From: a virus
Virus record (IMG/VR): IMGVR_UViG_3300045988_072133
Location: 32,001-96,000 of that record
Direction: 5' to 3' (one strand)
Length of the DNA stretch: 64,000 nt
Below, piece after piece: positions 37,864-46,191 of the stretch. The notes beneath the pieces are model-generated. The model saw only the letters and a program-made list of their open reading frames with translations, had not been told where the DNA came from and ran no database searches. The translations under genes and the position numbers were made by a program. Position 1 is the stretch's first letter. Each line of letters opens with the position of its first letter.

Positions 37864-38149
37864 CTGTCTCACATAGGCGGTATGCACAATCTTATATCAT
37901 CAAAGGCTGATTATAATGTCTAAGATGAATATTACCTGATAATATTAATAGTTTGCAGATATTAATGATAAACAGGTAGGCTAACTGCAATAGCTGGGCT
38001 TGAAATGCGGTCGGTGTATGACTAATTGTCATAGCTGCCTCATTGCCCGAGGTAATAATTTTGCCTTGACATAAGGATTCCTGATAGTTACTCACCCTTA
38101 ACTTTGAGTAATATAGGAGAATCATGTTATCACATTGTACCTATTTGTG

Positions 38150-38188
38150 GTAGCATGGACAGGGGAGTTCGAATCTCCCTACAGGAAC
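38150..38188 (+). other. tRNA 3'-fragment-like element (T-arm + 3' acceptor strand)
   Basis: GGGAG-TTCGAAT-CTCCC T-arm followed by TACAGGA; no matching D/anticodon arms or 5' acceptor upstream. Confidence 0.35.
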
Positions 38189-38195
38189 TAATTTA

Positions 38196-38269
38196 GGGCC
38201 TTTAGCTCAGTTGGTAAGAGCAGCGAGCTCATAACTCGAAGGTCATCGGTTCAAGCCCGGTAAGGCCCA
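38196..38269 (+). tRNA. tRNA-Met/fMet/Ile2 type (anticodon CAT)
   Basis: GGGCCTT acceptor/AAGGCCC, TAGCTCAGTTGGTAAGAGC D-arm, anticodon loop CTCATAA, T-loop TTCAAGC, discriminator A. Confidence 0.8.
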
Positions 38270-38286
38270 CTAAATTTTAATTCTAA

Positions 38287-38442
38287 GATGTTATTATTTC
38301 TATTCCTAATGTATTGTATACAGCTATGTGCGTTGATTAATTTAGCCGAGTATAACATACCTGACTGGATTAAATTTTGTGCATTTATTCCTGTAATAGG
38401 GTTAATAGCAGAAATTATAGCTGTACTATTCTACAGAACTTA
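38287..38442 (+). CDS. small hydrophobic peptide (51 aa)
   Basis: Hand-translated MLLFLFLMYCIQLCALINLAEYNIPDWIKFCAFIPVIGLIAEIIAVLFYRT; below track cutoff. Confidence 0.3.
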
Positions 38443-39018
38443 ATCTCTATTAAGAGATGAAATATTTCATTCATCACGGACTTGTATCAAGGATGCAAGA
38501 ATGTCGGCAGTTAGCCCACTGTCGTATCGAAAAGGGCATCAACCGTAACCATAATGGAACGATTGTGAGCCATGCGACCTCCTGTTAAGGCTAAATTAGT
38601 CTATTCCACAGTCGCAAAAAAGGCTTTGATACTAACCACACTCAGCAAGTATCAGCGAGGTAAGCGCCCTCGGATCAAAGCTGGTGAATACATCAGAGTC
38701 TTTGGCAAATTGGTAAACATCTCAGAGATGCCTGCCTTTTTGAGAAATTAGCAAATTATTACTGTCTAGATCCAAATTATTTAAACTTGCTTTGAATGTA
38801 GCAGTCCCTGGATAATGGCTCATAAGACATACAATCTGGAGTCAATGTAGAACACAACTCATTAGTCTATCAGCTCGGTATACTTCGTGAGATACCAGTG
38901 CCAGCGTCACCCCTTTAATGCGGCAGATAGTTCTAATGGGAAGCAGTTAACTAAGTCAGATGCAGTAATTTTTAATAATTTATCACACAATCGCTAACAT
39001 TTAATTACACAAATCATT

Positions 39019-39306
39019 ATGCTTACCATTATTCCCAATTCAGGAAAAGCATCGCCGAAGATGCGTTTTGACCTCAACATGGACCTTAAAGGTTGTTCTT
39101 ACAGCCACAAGGTCATCGCCAACCCCAAGACTAAGCAGCCTCTCTTTCAGGAGCTAATTGGCATTGACGAAACAAATACGGGGTTTCAGCGACTCTCCTA
39201 CAACTGCAAGTTTTTTGCAGGAAAGAAGCCTATCTCCTACAAGAAATTCATGGAGAAAACATTCAACAACTACGTTCTGAACCAGGCCAAGAAGATGGCC
39301 AACTAA
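39019..39306 (+). CDS. hypothetical protein
   Basis: 95-aa ORF. Confidence 0.45.
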   Translation: MLTIIPNSGKASPKMRFDLNMDLKGCSYSHKVIANPKTKQPLFQELIGIDETNTGFQRLSYNCKFFAGKKPISYKKFMEKTFNNYVLNQAKKMAN

Positions 39307-39318
39307 ATCATCATTATC

Positions 39319-39510
39319 ATGTCAAAAGCAAGAGGAGCAAGTGCAGCACGATCTGCACGACGTGGTACAAATATGTACAAAGTACGCCCCAGTAATGTAG
39401 GTAAAGGCAAACGATTCAGCCGTATACAGGTTATTTCCACGTGGGATACTCTGCATCATAAACCTATTATTACTAAGATTATCTATCACTTTAACGACCA
39501 GCACTATTAG
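39319..39510 (+). CDS. small basic protein
   Basis: 63-aa Arg/Lys-rich ORF; preferred over antisense 39322-39588. Confidence 0.35.
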   Translation: MSKARGASAARSARRGTNMYKVRPSNVGKGKRFSRIQVISTWDTLHHKPIITKIIYHFNDQHY

Positions 39511-39513
39511 TAT

Positions 39514-39786
39514 ATGACCATTGCTAAAGTAACTAAATACAAGGATTCTTCTGCCCGGAATGTATTCCGGGTGGGAGACCTTGTACAAAAGATTAACACT
39601 GGTGCAATAGTGTTAGTCACTCATCCTACTAACAAGAAGGGTAAATTTGGAGGTGTAGTAATAACTGTCGAGAACAACAGTAATGCTCTTATTGGAGCTC
39701 TTGGAGGTTATTCTCCTCTGGACTATCAACTTTTCTATGGATCTGTAACACTTAAATCTACGAGAGATGAGCAGAGTAAGTATTAG
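39514..39786 (+). CDS. hypothetical protein
   Basis: 90-aa ORF. Confidence 0.45.
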   Translation: MTIAKVTKYKDSSARNVFRVGDLVQKINTGAIVLVTHPTNKKGKFGGVVITVENNSNALIGALGGYSPLDYQLFYGSVTLKSTRDEQSKY

Positions 39787-40015
39787 TCCTCATGATAAAC
39801 CTAAGTTTAACATAGGAGATATTGTAACCTACAACTCAGCAGTTTTTATGGTTACAGATGAGTGTGAAGGTAAGGTTGACGTAGATGAAAGTGAGTTTAT
39901 AGGAGTAGTATTATACACTGGTTATTCGGACTATCAGATCGGAGAAGTTAGTGTATTAGAAAAGAGTGCATTCTCTGCCTTTCATGGCACTATCACCATT
40001 AATTCTGATTTATAA
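39767..40015 (+). CDS. hypothetical protein
   Basis: 82-aa ORF. Confidence 0.4.
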   Translation: MSRVSISPHDKPKFNIGDIVTYNSAVFMVTDECEGKVDVDESEFIGVVLYTGYSDYQIGEVSVLEKSAFSAFHGTITINSDL

Positions 40016-40239
40016 TGATTTGGATCGTTTTACTCCTTGCCCTGGTGGCAACATTTTGCTTCCTGGACAACTTGGTACAAACCTTAAACAACCCCAGGGA
40101 TGTCTATGAACCTGGCTTAGGTACAACAGCAACCTATGAGAAGTACCAAAAGAAGAAGAATGCTCTGGCTATAGATCGCATGCTTTACATGTGGGTTGCA
40201 GCCTTGTTCTGGATGATATTCGTATGTCTTTCGAATTAG
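40015..40239 (+). CDS. small membrane protein
   Basis: 74 aa, two hydrophobic helices. Confidence 0.4.
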   Translation: MIWIVLLLALVATFCFLDNLVQTLNNPRDVYEPGLGTTATYEKYQKKKNALAIDRMLYMWVAALFWMIFVCLSN

Positions 40240-40418
40240 TATCCATACTAGCTTTAATTATTATCCCATTATTAGTACTATTACTTATGAGAGTAATAGA
40301 TATTGTGATGGGATGGATTATTGCTTTTATTCTCAATCCTAAGAGTTTAATACTTACTCTTCTCGCTTCACATGAAAAAAATTCAGAATTTAGAGATAAT
40401 GAGCATACCGCTCCTTAG
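40191..40418 (+). CDS. small membrane protein
   Basis: 75 aa hydrophobic. Confidence 0.35.
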   Translation: MGCSLVLDDIRMSFELVSILALIIIPLLVLLLMRVIDIVMGWIIAFILNPKSLILTLLASHEKNSEFRDNEHTAP

Positions 40419-40632
40419 CTCCTATCTAGCGAAGCATAAGAATGTCTTCACTAGAGATTGTGTTCTTCAAGACATCGGTCGATTTCTGACATTCCGTGAG
40501 TTGCAGTTCCTCCATAAGAATCATGGTATCAGTGATGCTGAACTGGGATTCTACATGGATATGAAAGCTCAAAATTCTTTCACGGAGAATCAGTTCAAGA
40601 AGATCCAGGAAATTCACGCAAATCTGAAGTAA
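40372..40632 (+). CDS. hypothetical protein
   Basis: 86-aa ORF. Confidence 0.4.
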   Translation: MKKIQNLEIMSIPLLSSYLAKHKNVFTRDCVLQDIGRFLTFRELQFLHKNHGISDAELGFYMDMKAQNSFTENQFKKIQEIHANLK

Positions 40633-40634
40633 TC

Positions 40635-40883
40635 ATGAATCTCACAGATCTCTTACTTTCCTGTCCTGTACTCTATCCCAGTACTAAGGATGGTGAAGGT
40701 AATATTCTGGTTACTGATGACCAGGATAATGACTATTCAGTTGGTGTAACCCTGGATTACCTGCCTGAAGATCACAAGTGGGTTGCATCCTACAGTGATT
40801 TTATCGAATCAACACCTACGTCTGACCCTGAAGCTGCTGTAGTAGATCTACAGAATAAGCTGAAGGTTAGAGGTCTCATGTAG
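40635..40883 (+). CDS. hypothetical acidic protein
   Basis: 82-aa ORF. Confidence 0.4.
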   Translation: MNLTDLLLSCPVLYPSTKDGEGNILVTDDQDNDYSVGVTLDYLPEDHKWVASYSDFIESTPTSDPEAAVVDLQNKLKVRGLM

Positions 40884-41065
40884 GTATAAAGAAAGTGGTT
40901 GCTTGAAGCGTAACTAAGACAGCAACAGCCATTGGATAAATACGTAATTCATGAATGGCAGGTGAGGTGACGTAGCTACTGCAGGAAAATGGCAGAGTAG
41001 ATTGAAAGAGCTCCTCTTGATAGCAACCTGAGGCAAGAAGCTAAATAGCTATCTTTTTATTAACT

Positions 41066-41150
41066 GGAGAGTTGTCCGAGTGGTTTATGGTGACAGTCTT
41101 GAAAACTGTTGTACGGCAACGTACCGGGGGTTCGAATCCCTCACTCTCCG
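41066..41150 (+). tRNA. trnS: tRNA-Ser (anticodon TGA)
   Basis: 85 nt, GGAGAGT/ACTCTCC acceptor, anticodon stem ACAGT/ACTGT with loop CTTGAAA, long variable arm, T-loop TTCGAAT, discriminator G. Track ORF 41080 uses a GTG inside the tRNA and is spurious at its 5' end. Confidence 0.8.
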
Positions 41151-41205
41151 CATATTGGGAGAAGTGGAAGTATTTAGTAATATTAACTATTTAACTTTCA
41201 CTACT

Positions 41206-41349
41206 ATGAAAACAATTTCTGAAGAATTTGAAAGACTTCTACGTGAAACTGCAAGAATCCAAGAAGAATGCTTAGCAGTAGCTGAAGAAATTAAGCAGTT
41301 ACTCAAATCCTACAAGAGTAATTGTAACCACTCTGAGACCGAGGAGTGA
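41206..41349 (+). CDS. small hypothetical protein (47 aa)
   Basis: ATG-initiated portion of track ORF 41080-41349 downstream of tRNA-Ser. Confidence 0.3.
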   Translation: MKTISEEFERLLRETARIQEECLAVAEEIKQLLKSYKSNCNHSETEE

Positions 41350-41497
41350 AAAACTTGGTGAGTATAAACCAGTAGGTTTATTGCCTAGTAATGGCAAAGG
41401 GTTCCTATATACTATAAATAAAACCCTGAGATAATTACCAGCTAGTAACTGAGGATATATGTCGGTCTTATATCCTGAAGCACAAACACTTCCTTTC

Positions 41498-41529
41498 GAG
41501 GGGTAGGGTGTGAAAGCCCTACCCTTTTT
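41498..41529 (+). terminator. rho-independent terminator
   Basis: GGGTAGGG-tgtgaaag-CCCTACCC perfect 8-bp stem followed by TTTTT. Confidence 0.65.
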
Positions 41530-41549
41530 AATGAAAAATACTGTAATTT

Positions 41550-41963
41550 ATGAGAAAGATAGGAGAAGTTTTTAAACCTGCAGGCTGTAATACCTGGCTT
41601 AGAGTTGCAGAGGCACATCCAACTCTATGGTGCGTTGCAGCAGAAGATACTACAAATTATTGCATATTTAGGACAGGCACAGGCTGTATATGTACTGGGA
41701 ACTATAGGAGAGATGCAGGTGGATGTGGTAGAGCTATAGGAGTAGGTCCTAGTATAATATTCCTAAGGACTATAGCTCCTATTGAGGTTACTACACTAGG
41801 TCCTCGAAAGTGTATCAAATGTCCTAATTCTGTAACTACAGTAGGTAAGGAATATGAATTAGAAGTTATAGTAGGAAGCAATAACTTTCGTTATATCGAT
41901 GATATGGGAGAATATACCTATATTCTAAAAGAGGATATACATCTGTTCTTTGCACAACTTTAA
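41550..41963 (+). CDS. Cys-rich protein, RKIGEVF-family paralogue 1
   Basis: MRKIGEVFKPAGC.. N-terminus shared with ORFs at 49782 and 50201; multiple Cys. Confidence 0.5.
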   Translation: MRKIGEVFKPAGCNTWLRVAEAHPTLWCVAAEDTTNYCIFRTGTGCICTGNYRRDAGGCGRAIGVGPSIIFLRTIAPIEVTTLGPRKCIKCPNSVTTVGKEYELEVIVGSNNFRYIDDMGEYTYILKEDIHLFFAQL

Positions 41964-41970
41964 CAATCGG

Positions 41971-42044
41971 GCTCCCTTAGCTCAGTAGGATAGAGCAATG
42001 GATTTCTAATCCATGGGTCACAGGTTCGAATCCTGTAGGGAGTA
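41971..42044 (+). tRNA. trnR: tRNA-Arg (anticodon TCT)
   Basis: Acceptor GCTCCCT/AGGGAGT, T8 A9, D-stem GCTC/GAGC, anticodon stem ATGGA/TCCAT with loop TTTCTAA, T-loop TTCGAAT, discriminator A. Confidence 0.75.
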
Positions 42045-42065
42045 CAAACATTCAAATTTTACATT

Positions 42066-42410
42066 ATGGAACAATCAATTACATTCCTTTGTAAGGATGC
42101 TGAAAAGCACCTTAAGAAATCAGAGATTCTGACTGACGAAGCTCAACAGTTGATTCTGGACTCAATTAAAGAAGAAGATCTTGCCCCTGACACCGAGTTA
42201 ATCTTGGAGATTGACCTTAGTTATACATATGGTTGCGTTGCAAGACTTTTCATTAACAGTCCTGATGCACATGATGCACATGATGCATGTGACATAGGAT
42301 ATTACAAACTTCCTGACTGTTGGTATAAGTATTGTTCGAGCCACAATGTGGATCCTGATAACTTTGACTATCCTGCTGAATGGGCATCAGTATTTCTTCA
42401 ACGTAACTAA
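42066..42410 (+). CDS. hypothetical protein
   Basis: 114-aa ORF. Confidence 0.45.
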   Translation: MEQSITFLCKDAEKHLKKSEILTDEAQQLILDSIKEEDLAPDTELILEIDLSYTYGCVARLFINSPDAHDAHDACDIGYYKLPDCWYKYCSSHNVDPDNFDYPAEWASVFLQRN

Positions 42411-42411
42411 T

Positions 42412-42579
42412 ATGGAACCTTATTTAGCAGAAGATGAACTTACTGATCAGGAATGTTTAGTATCTCTCGTTAGTATACTTAACACTCCTATTGGTAAGTG
42501 TAAACACAATGAAACTGTGAACTACTGTGTTAAAAGAGTCCTTAAAGCAATTGAAAACGGGGCTGTTTTAACTAAATAA
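42412..42579 (+). CDS. small hypothetical protein
   Basis: Internal ATG (MEPYLAEDE...) of track ORF 42346-42579 that abuts the upstream stop without overlap. Confidence 0.35.
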   Translation: MEPYLAEDELTDQECLVSLVSILNTPIGKCKHNETVNYCVKRVLKAIENGAVLTK

Positions 42580-42623
42580 ACTCTTATGGGCTCGGATGGT
42601 GAAATAGGCAGACACGAGGGACT

Positions 42624-43148
42624 TTGAATTTAAACAAATGGATTATGGTTTATGAAAATTGTAGATTTTATGGACCATATTTAAATAAGAAGGATAATAG
42701 ATTGAGATGTGTTGTAGTATTTCCTGATGGAGTAAAACGCACTATATCTTATCCTAAATATTTAATGGAGGTCCATTTGGATAGATATTTAGAAGGAGAT
42801 GAAACTGTTGACCATATTGACGGAAATCCCTTAAATAATGAAATAAGCAATTTACAAATTTTGCCAAGAAAGTTACACTCATACCTTGACACTAAAAGGT
42901 ATAGAGATGCAATAGTTACTTGCCAAATGTGTAAAAAGCCTTTTCTTTTAAAGGGATCTAAACTACATGATTATAACAGAGGTGACCGCAATCAAAGTGG
43001 TTATTTTTGTTCAAAACAATGTGTAGGTCGATATGGAAGGTTAATTCAACTTGGTTTAATAAAACCTACTACTGTGGACAGAGTAGTACCTAGTATCTAT
43101 AAGGTAAAGAGTGCTCAGGAGGAAACTTCTGAAGTAGAAGTGGGCTAA
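42624..43148 (+). CDS. HNH homing endonuclease
   Basis: VDHIDGNPLNNEISNLQILPRKLHS = HNH core (D-H-x-D/N-G...N-L...H); C-terminal Cys-rich region CQMCKKPF...CSKQC. Confidence 0.7.
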   Translation: MNLNKWIMVYENCRFYGPYLNKKDNRLRCVVVFPDGVKRTISYPKYLMEVHLDRYLEGDETVDHIDGNPLNNEISNLQILPRKLHSYLDTKRYRDAIVTCQMCKKPFLLKGSKLHDYNRGDRNQSGYFCSKQCVGRYGRLIQLGLIKPTTVDRVVPSIYKVKSAQEETSEVEVG

Positions 43149-43293
43149 AACGGTGAATGTGTCAGCCTTATAAATGACAAGAACGCCGTGCTAAATTGAG
43201 TAAAACTCATAAATGTGTAGAGACTATATACCCACAACCTAAGTCAAGAGATATGGTTATAACATAGTCCGAGTATTTATATGTCACAATAAA

Positions 43294-43351
43294 TACTTGA
43301 AAATCCCTTGATCAGTAATGATCGTGCGGGTTCGATCCCCGCTTCGAGTAC
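43294..43351 (+). other. truncated tRNA-like element (acceptor + T-arm minihelix, no D/anticodon arms)
   Basis: ACTTGAA..(24 nt)..GCGGG-TTCGATC-CCCGC-TTCGAGT: acceptor strands pair 7/7 with one G-U and the T-arm is perfect; the 24-nt linker cannot form D + anticodon arms. Confidence 0.4.
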
Positions 43352-43460
43352 AACTTATTGTACTATAAGTTCTGTCAATGTTTCAAATTTCTTACCCTGG
43401 GTTAGCTGTGAAGCTTGTCCCAGGTTTTTAACCAGAAACTCTTTTTAACTTATATAAGTT

Positions 43461-43793
43461 ATGAAAATTTATCAAAAGACCAAATTCCACCAGAGTGGAA
43501 AGGTAGTAGTCTGTGTCATGACTGCTCACGTAAAGACCATGGGATTGAACTACAGCGCAGGTACTGTACGTGGTATTGCGCGATGTGCTCCTGAAGATCA
43601 ATTTGACCTTAAGAAAGGTCAGATGATTGCAGAGTCGAAGGCTACTCAGAAGATGTACAATCGCATCGGTGCGAACATGAACAAAGCTCTTAAGGTTACT
43701 GTCCAAGATCTCGATGAAATCAAGAGTGAACTTGCAAAACTTGCCAGCATGAAGGATGCCGAAGAGCGTCATTTCGATGAAATTTGTCACTGA
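43461..43793 (+). CDS. hypothetical protein
   Basis: 110-aa ORF, co-oriented with block; preferred over fully overlapping antisense ORF 43428-43811. Confidence 0.45.
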   Translation: MKIYQKTKFHQSGKVVVCVMTAHVKTMGLNYSAGTVRGIARCAPEDQFDLKKGQMIAESKATQKMYNRIGANMNKALKVTVQDLDEIKSELAKLASMKDAEERHFDEICH

Positions 43794-43858
43794 AAAATAA
43801 CTCTCGAACAATTCTAGTAATAACCACTCTTAGGACAGGAGTATAACTTGTCCTACCT

Positions 43859-43939
43859 GCGGGTGTGGTGAAATGGCAGCCACGCTAGACTTAGGATCTA
43901 GTGGAGAAATCCGTGGAGGTTCGAATCCTCTCACCCGCA
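43859..43939 (+). tRNA. trnL: tRNA-Leu (anticodon TAG)
   Basis: GCGGGTG/CACCCGC acceptor, anticodon stem CTAGA/TCTAG with loop CTTAGGA, 13-nt variable arm, T-loop TTCGAAT, discriminator A. Confidence 0.8.
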
Positions 43940-43961
43940 CTATTATTAACTAACACACAAG

Positions 43962-44213
43962 ATGCATTTATATGTAAGAATCATTCTACTCTGGATTATA
44001 CTCTGGGGTATCCCCTACATTAGCCTTAAAATCCAATGGAAATGTTACAAAGCTAGTGATGGACACATAATTTACAAATATTGGAAAGAAGATAAGGCTG
44101 CTTATGAGATATTTATAGCTATATTTAGTATAGGTTTAATACTTATAGGTTTAGCTGCATTCATGTTCTTCCTCCTATGGTTCTTTCCTGAATTTGAAGA
44201 GTTCGGCCAATAA
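43962..44213 (+). CDS. small membrane protein
   Basis: 83 aa, two TM helices. Confidence 0.45.
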   Translation: MHLYVRIILLWIILWGIPYISLKIQWKCYKASDGHIIYKYWKEDKAAYEIFIAIFSIGLILIGLAAFMFFLLWFFPEFEEFGQ

Positions 44214-44439
44214 TATAATTACCTACTTTCGAAGGTACTTACTAATTGAAAGGATTCTCCAGTAATGGGAGCGAATCCAGGTAGGTGTACATGGTATGAC
44301 CCGTTAATTAGAGTCTGATTCCACAGACGTTAAGTATTGTAGATTATATCAGAGAGAGAGTTCTTCTACTATAGATTACAGGTCTTGAGATATACCAGTT
44401 GGAAAATGCTGGAGTGGGTAATTTTTAATAGATCTAATT

Positions 44440-44709
44440 ATGAGAACTTGGTTTTGTAAAGATACACAAAGATGGGTATCAGAAATTCCGCGTGCCTTTT
44501 GGTTAGGAATATACGATTATAAAACTGGAGAGAAATTATATAGTGATGACACTATATACAGTGCTAACCCATTTTTGAGAAGTCTCAATAAAGATCTTTA
44601 CATAAAGGTGACTAATCTTCTAAATGACTATAGTAAGTCAGAATTTGGTAGAGGCAGATTTTACATGCCAAGACTCACTTTTCCTCCATATACTAAATAT
44701 AATAAATAG
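44440..44709 (+). CDS. hypothetical protein
   Basis: 89-aa ORF. Confidence 0.45.
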   Translation: MRTWFCKDTQRWVSEIPRAFWLGIYDYKTGEKLYSDDTIYSANPFLRSLNKDLYIKVTNLLNDYSKSEFGRGRFYMPRLTFPPYTKYNK

Positions 44710-44714
44710 AAATT

Positions 44715-45017
44715 ATGAAACTAAAAGGAATCGAAATCAAACCAGGAATGGTTATAATCACTAAGAGTGCAAGGTATGTTACATTCCCTACAGGGATGTC
44801 TGACTATCCTATAGCATTCGCTAACATCACAGCAGGAGAATAGACTTATAACATAACTGAGGCACTTGTAGAGAAGATCTATGATCTTATTACAGATTGG
44901 GTGTTAGATTCAGGTAAACTCCTATGGTCACAAAAATGGAACAGGGAGATCACTATGAGCGAGATTGCTGAGAAGTTCAGTATTCCTGTTGAACACTTAC
45001 GAATTAAAAAGGAATAA
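44715..45017 (+). other. 101-codon ORF interrupted by a single in-frame TAG at 44841-44843 (read-through candidate or fresh pseudogene)
   Basis: ATG 44715, 42 sense codons, TAG, then 58 more sense codons to TAA 45015. The downstream half has no usable ATG until 16 codons from its end and encodes an HTH-like segment (MSEIAEKFSIPVEHLRI). Confidence 0.4.
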
Positions 45018-45094
45018 ATCTCTCGCTCCTTCTAAATGGAGAGTGAATGCTGAAAGAAGACGTAAGTTGGGTAATTTTTAAACTAAACAGTTTT

Positions 45095-45214
45095 ATGAAA
45101 GTAGATTTTTCGAAAGTAAAGTATGACAATCCGTGTTTGTCATGCTCTCATACAGACATTATGTACTGTCACAACTGTATCCACTATCTGGGTAGGTACC
45201 GTAAAAAGGTCTAA
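45095..45214 (+). CDS. small Cys-rich (zinc-ribbon-like) peptide, 39 aa
   Basis: Hand-translated MKVDFSKVKYDNPCLSCSHTDIMYCHNCIHYLGRYRKKV; stop 3 nt before next gene ATG. Confidence 0.3.
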   Translation: MKVDFSKVKYDNPCLSCSHTDIMYCHNCIHYLGRYRKKV

Positions 45215-45217
45215 TCT

Positions 45218-45490
45218 ATGAGCAAATTATACGACGCACTTCAAGATCAGTTAAAGACTGAGCATAAGAAGGAAGCTGAAGATTGTATTAAAATATACAA
45301 TGTACTGAAAGCTATAAGTAGAGAAAAATATGGTGAGGAACATGTACGGTCTTCAGACTGGAATGTCCTAACTACTACTATGCTTGTTGGGAGTTATCCT
45401 AATGTAAGAAAGATGTACAAACCAAGCCCTATAGGAAAAGTATTTCTTATTGGAATATTATTCGATGAATCAGGAGAAATAAAGCTATGA
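45218..45490 (+). CDS. hypothetical protein
   Basis: 90-aa ORF. Confidence 0.45.
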   Translation: MSKLYDALQDQLKTEHKKEAEDCIKIYNVLKAISREKYGEEHVRSSDWNVLTTTMLVGSYPNVRKMYKPSPIGKVFLIGILFDESGEIKL

Positions 45491-45708
45491 AAATGCAAAA
45501 TACATATAAAGGATATTGGAGTATTGTTAAGGGCAAGACGCGGATTCTTGTACATCCTGGTCAGAGTAATCCTTACAAACCCCACATCCTTTATCTACAA
45601 CACAGATCCTCCTTGCAAGAGTAAAGTAGATTTCTACGAGATTAGGAAAGCTGTTAGATCTCTATATACAGAAGAATAACTTTTTGAATACTTTTATAGC
45701 ATTGCACA

Positions 45709-45933
45709 ATGAATCTGGAAACATACGCTAAAGCTACAGAGCTTTTAGAAGAGATTAAAGAGATAGAGCATATAGTACGCCTCTTAGAAACTGCAGAAAA
45801 TCACCGCCTCCTCTGTAATCCACGTGATAAATCAACTATACAAATATCAGTATCAGACAAACTTAGAGAAGCCTTAACTACACTGCTAACAGGTGAGAAG
45901 AAACAGCTTGAGAAAGAGTTTAAAGAATTGTAA
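45709..45933 (+). CDS. hypothetical coiled-coil protein
   Basis: 74-aa ORF. Confidence 0.4.
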   Translation: MNLETYAKATELLEEIKEIEHIVRLLETAENHRLLCNPRDKSTIQISVSDKLREALTTLLTGEKKQLEKEFKEL

Positions 45934-45954
45934 TTAAGTCAAAAAAATGTAAAC

Positions 45955-46191
45955 ATGTACTCAATTTATTACAAAGGAAAGGAATATGAAGTCTCAGAGA
46001 AGCTATTCCTTAATATATGTTTATGTATGCTTCAATTTGAGCAAGCGTCTATCATTGATAAGCCTGACCTTATCGAAGCTTTCCAAGAAAGATGTGTTCC
46101 TGAGATTCTTAAATCTCCTGATTTTGATTACTCAAGATTAGAAGATGAGAGTCTTGAAGGTGTAATTGATACAACCCCAATTTGCGAATGA
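45955..46191 (+). CDS. hypothetical protein
   Basis: 78-aa ORF. Confidence 0.4.
   Translation: MYSIYYKGKEYEVSEKLFLNICLCMLQFEQASIIDKPDLIEAFQERCVPEILKSPDFDYSRLEDESLEGVIDTTPICE

Noticed and set aside
38078-38188. Intron-containing full-length tRNA spanning TTCCTGA ... ACAGGAA
   Set aside because: It would be 111 nt with no recognisable D-arm or anticodon arm. Only the T-arm and 3' strand are tRNA-like, so it is reported as a fragment.
41971-42044. Possible amber-suppressor tRNA (anticodon CUA) if the anticodon stem is drawn as TGGAT/ATCCA with loop TTCTAAT
   Set aside because: Canonical numbering from the D-stem (GCTC/GAGC, single nt 26) puts the stem at ATGGA/TCCAT with loop TTTCTAA. That gives U33 and purine 37 correctly and anticodon TCT (Arg). 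The CUA fold would need two unpaired nt at position 26 and a pyrimidine at 37.
43428-43811. 127-aa minus-strand ORF fully overlapping the 110-aa plus-strand ORF
   Set aside because: It is antisense to the local transcription direction and its low-complexity translation looks like a shadow ORF. The plus-strand ORF was kept.
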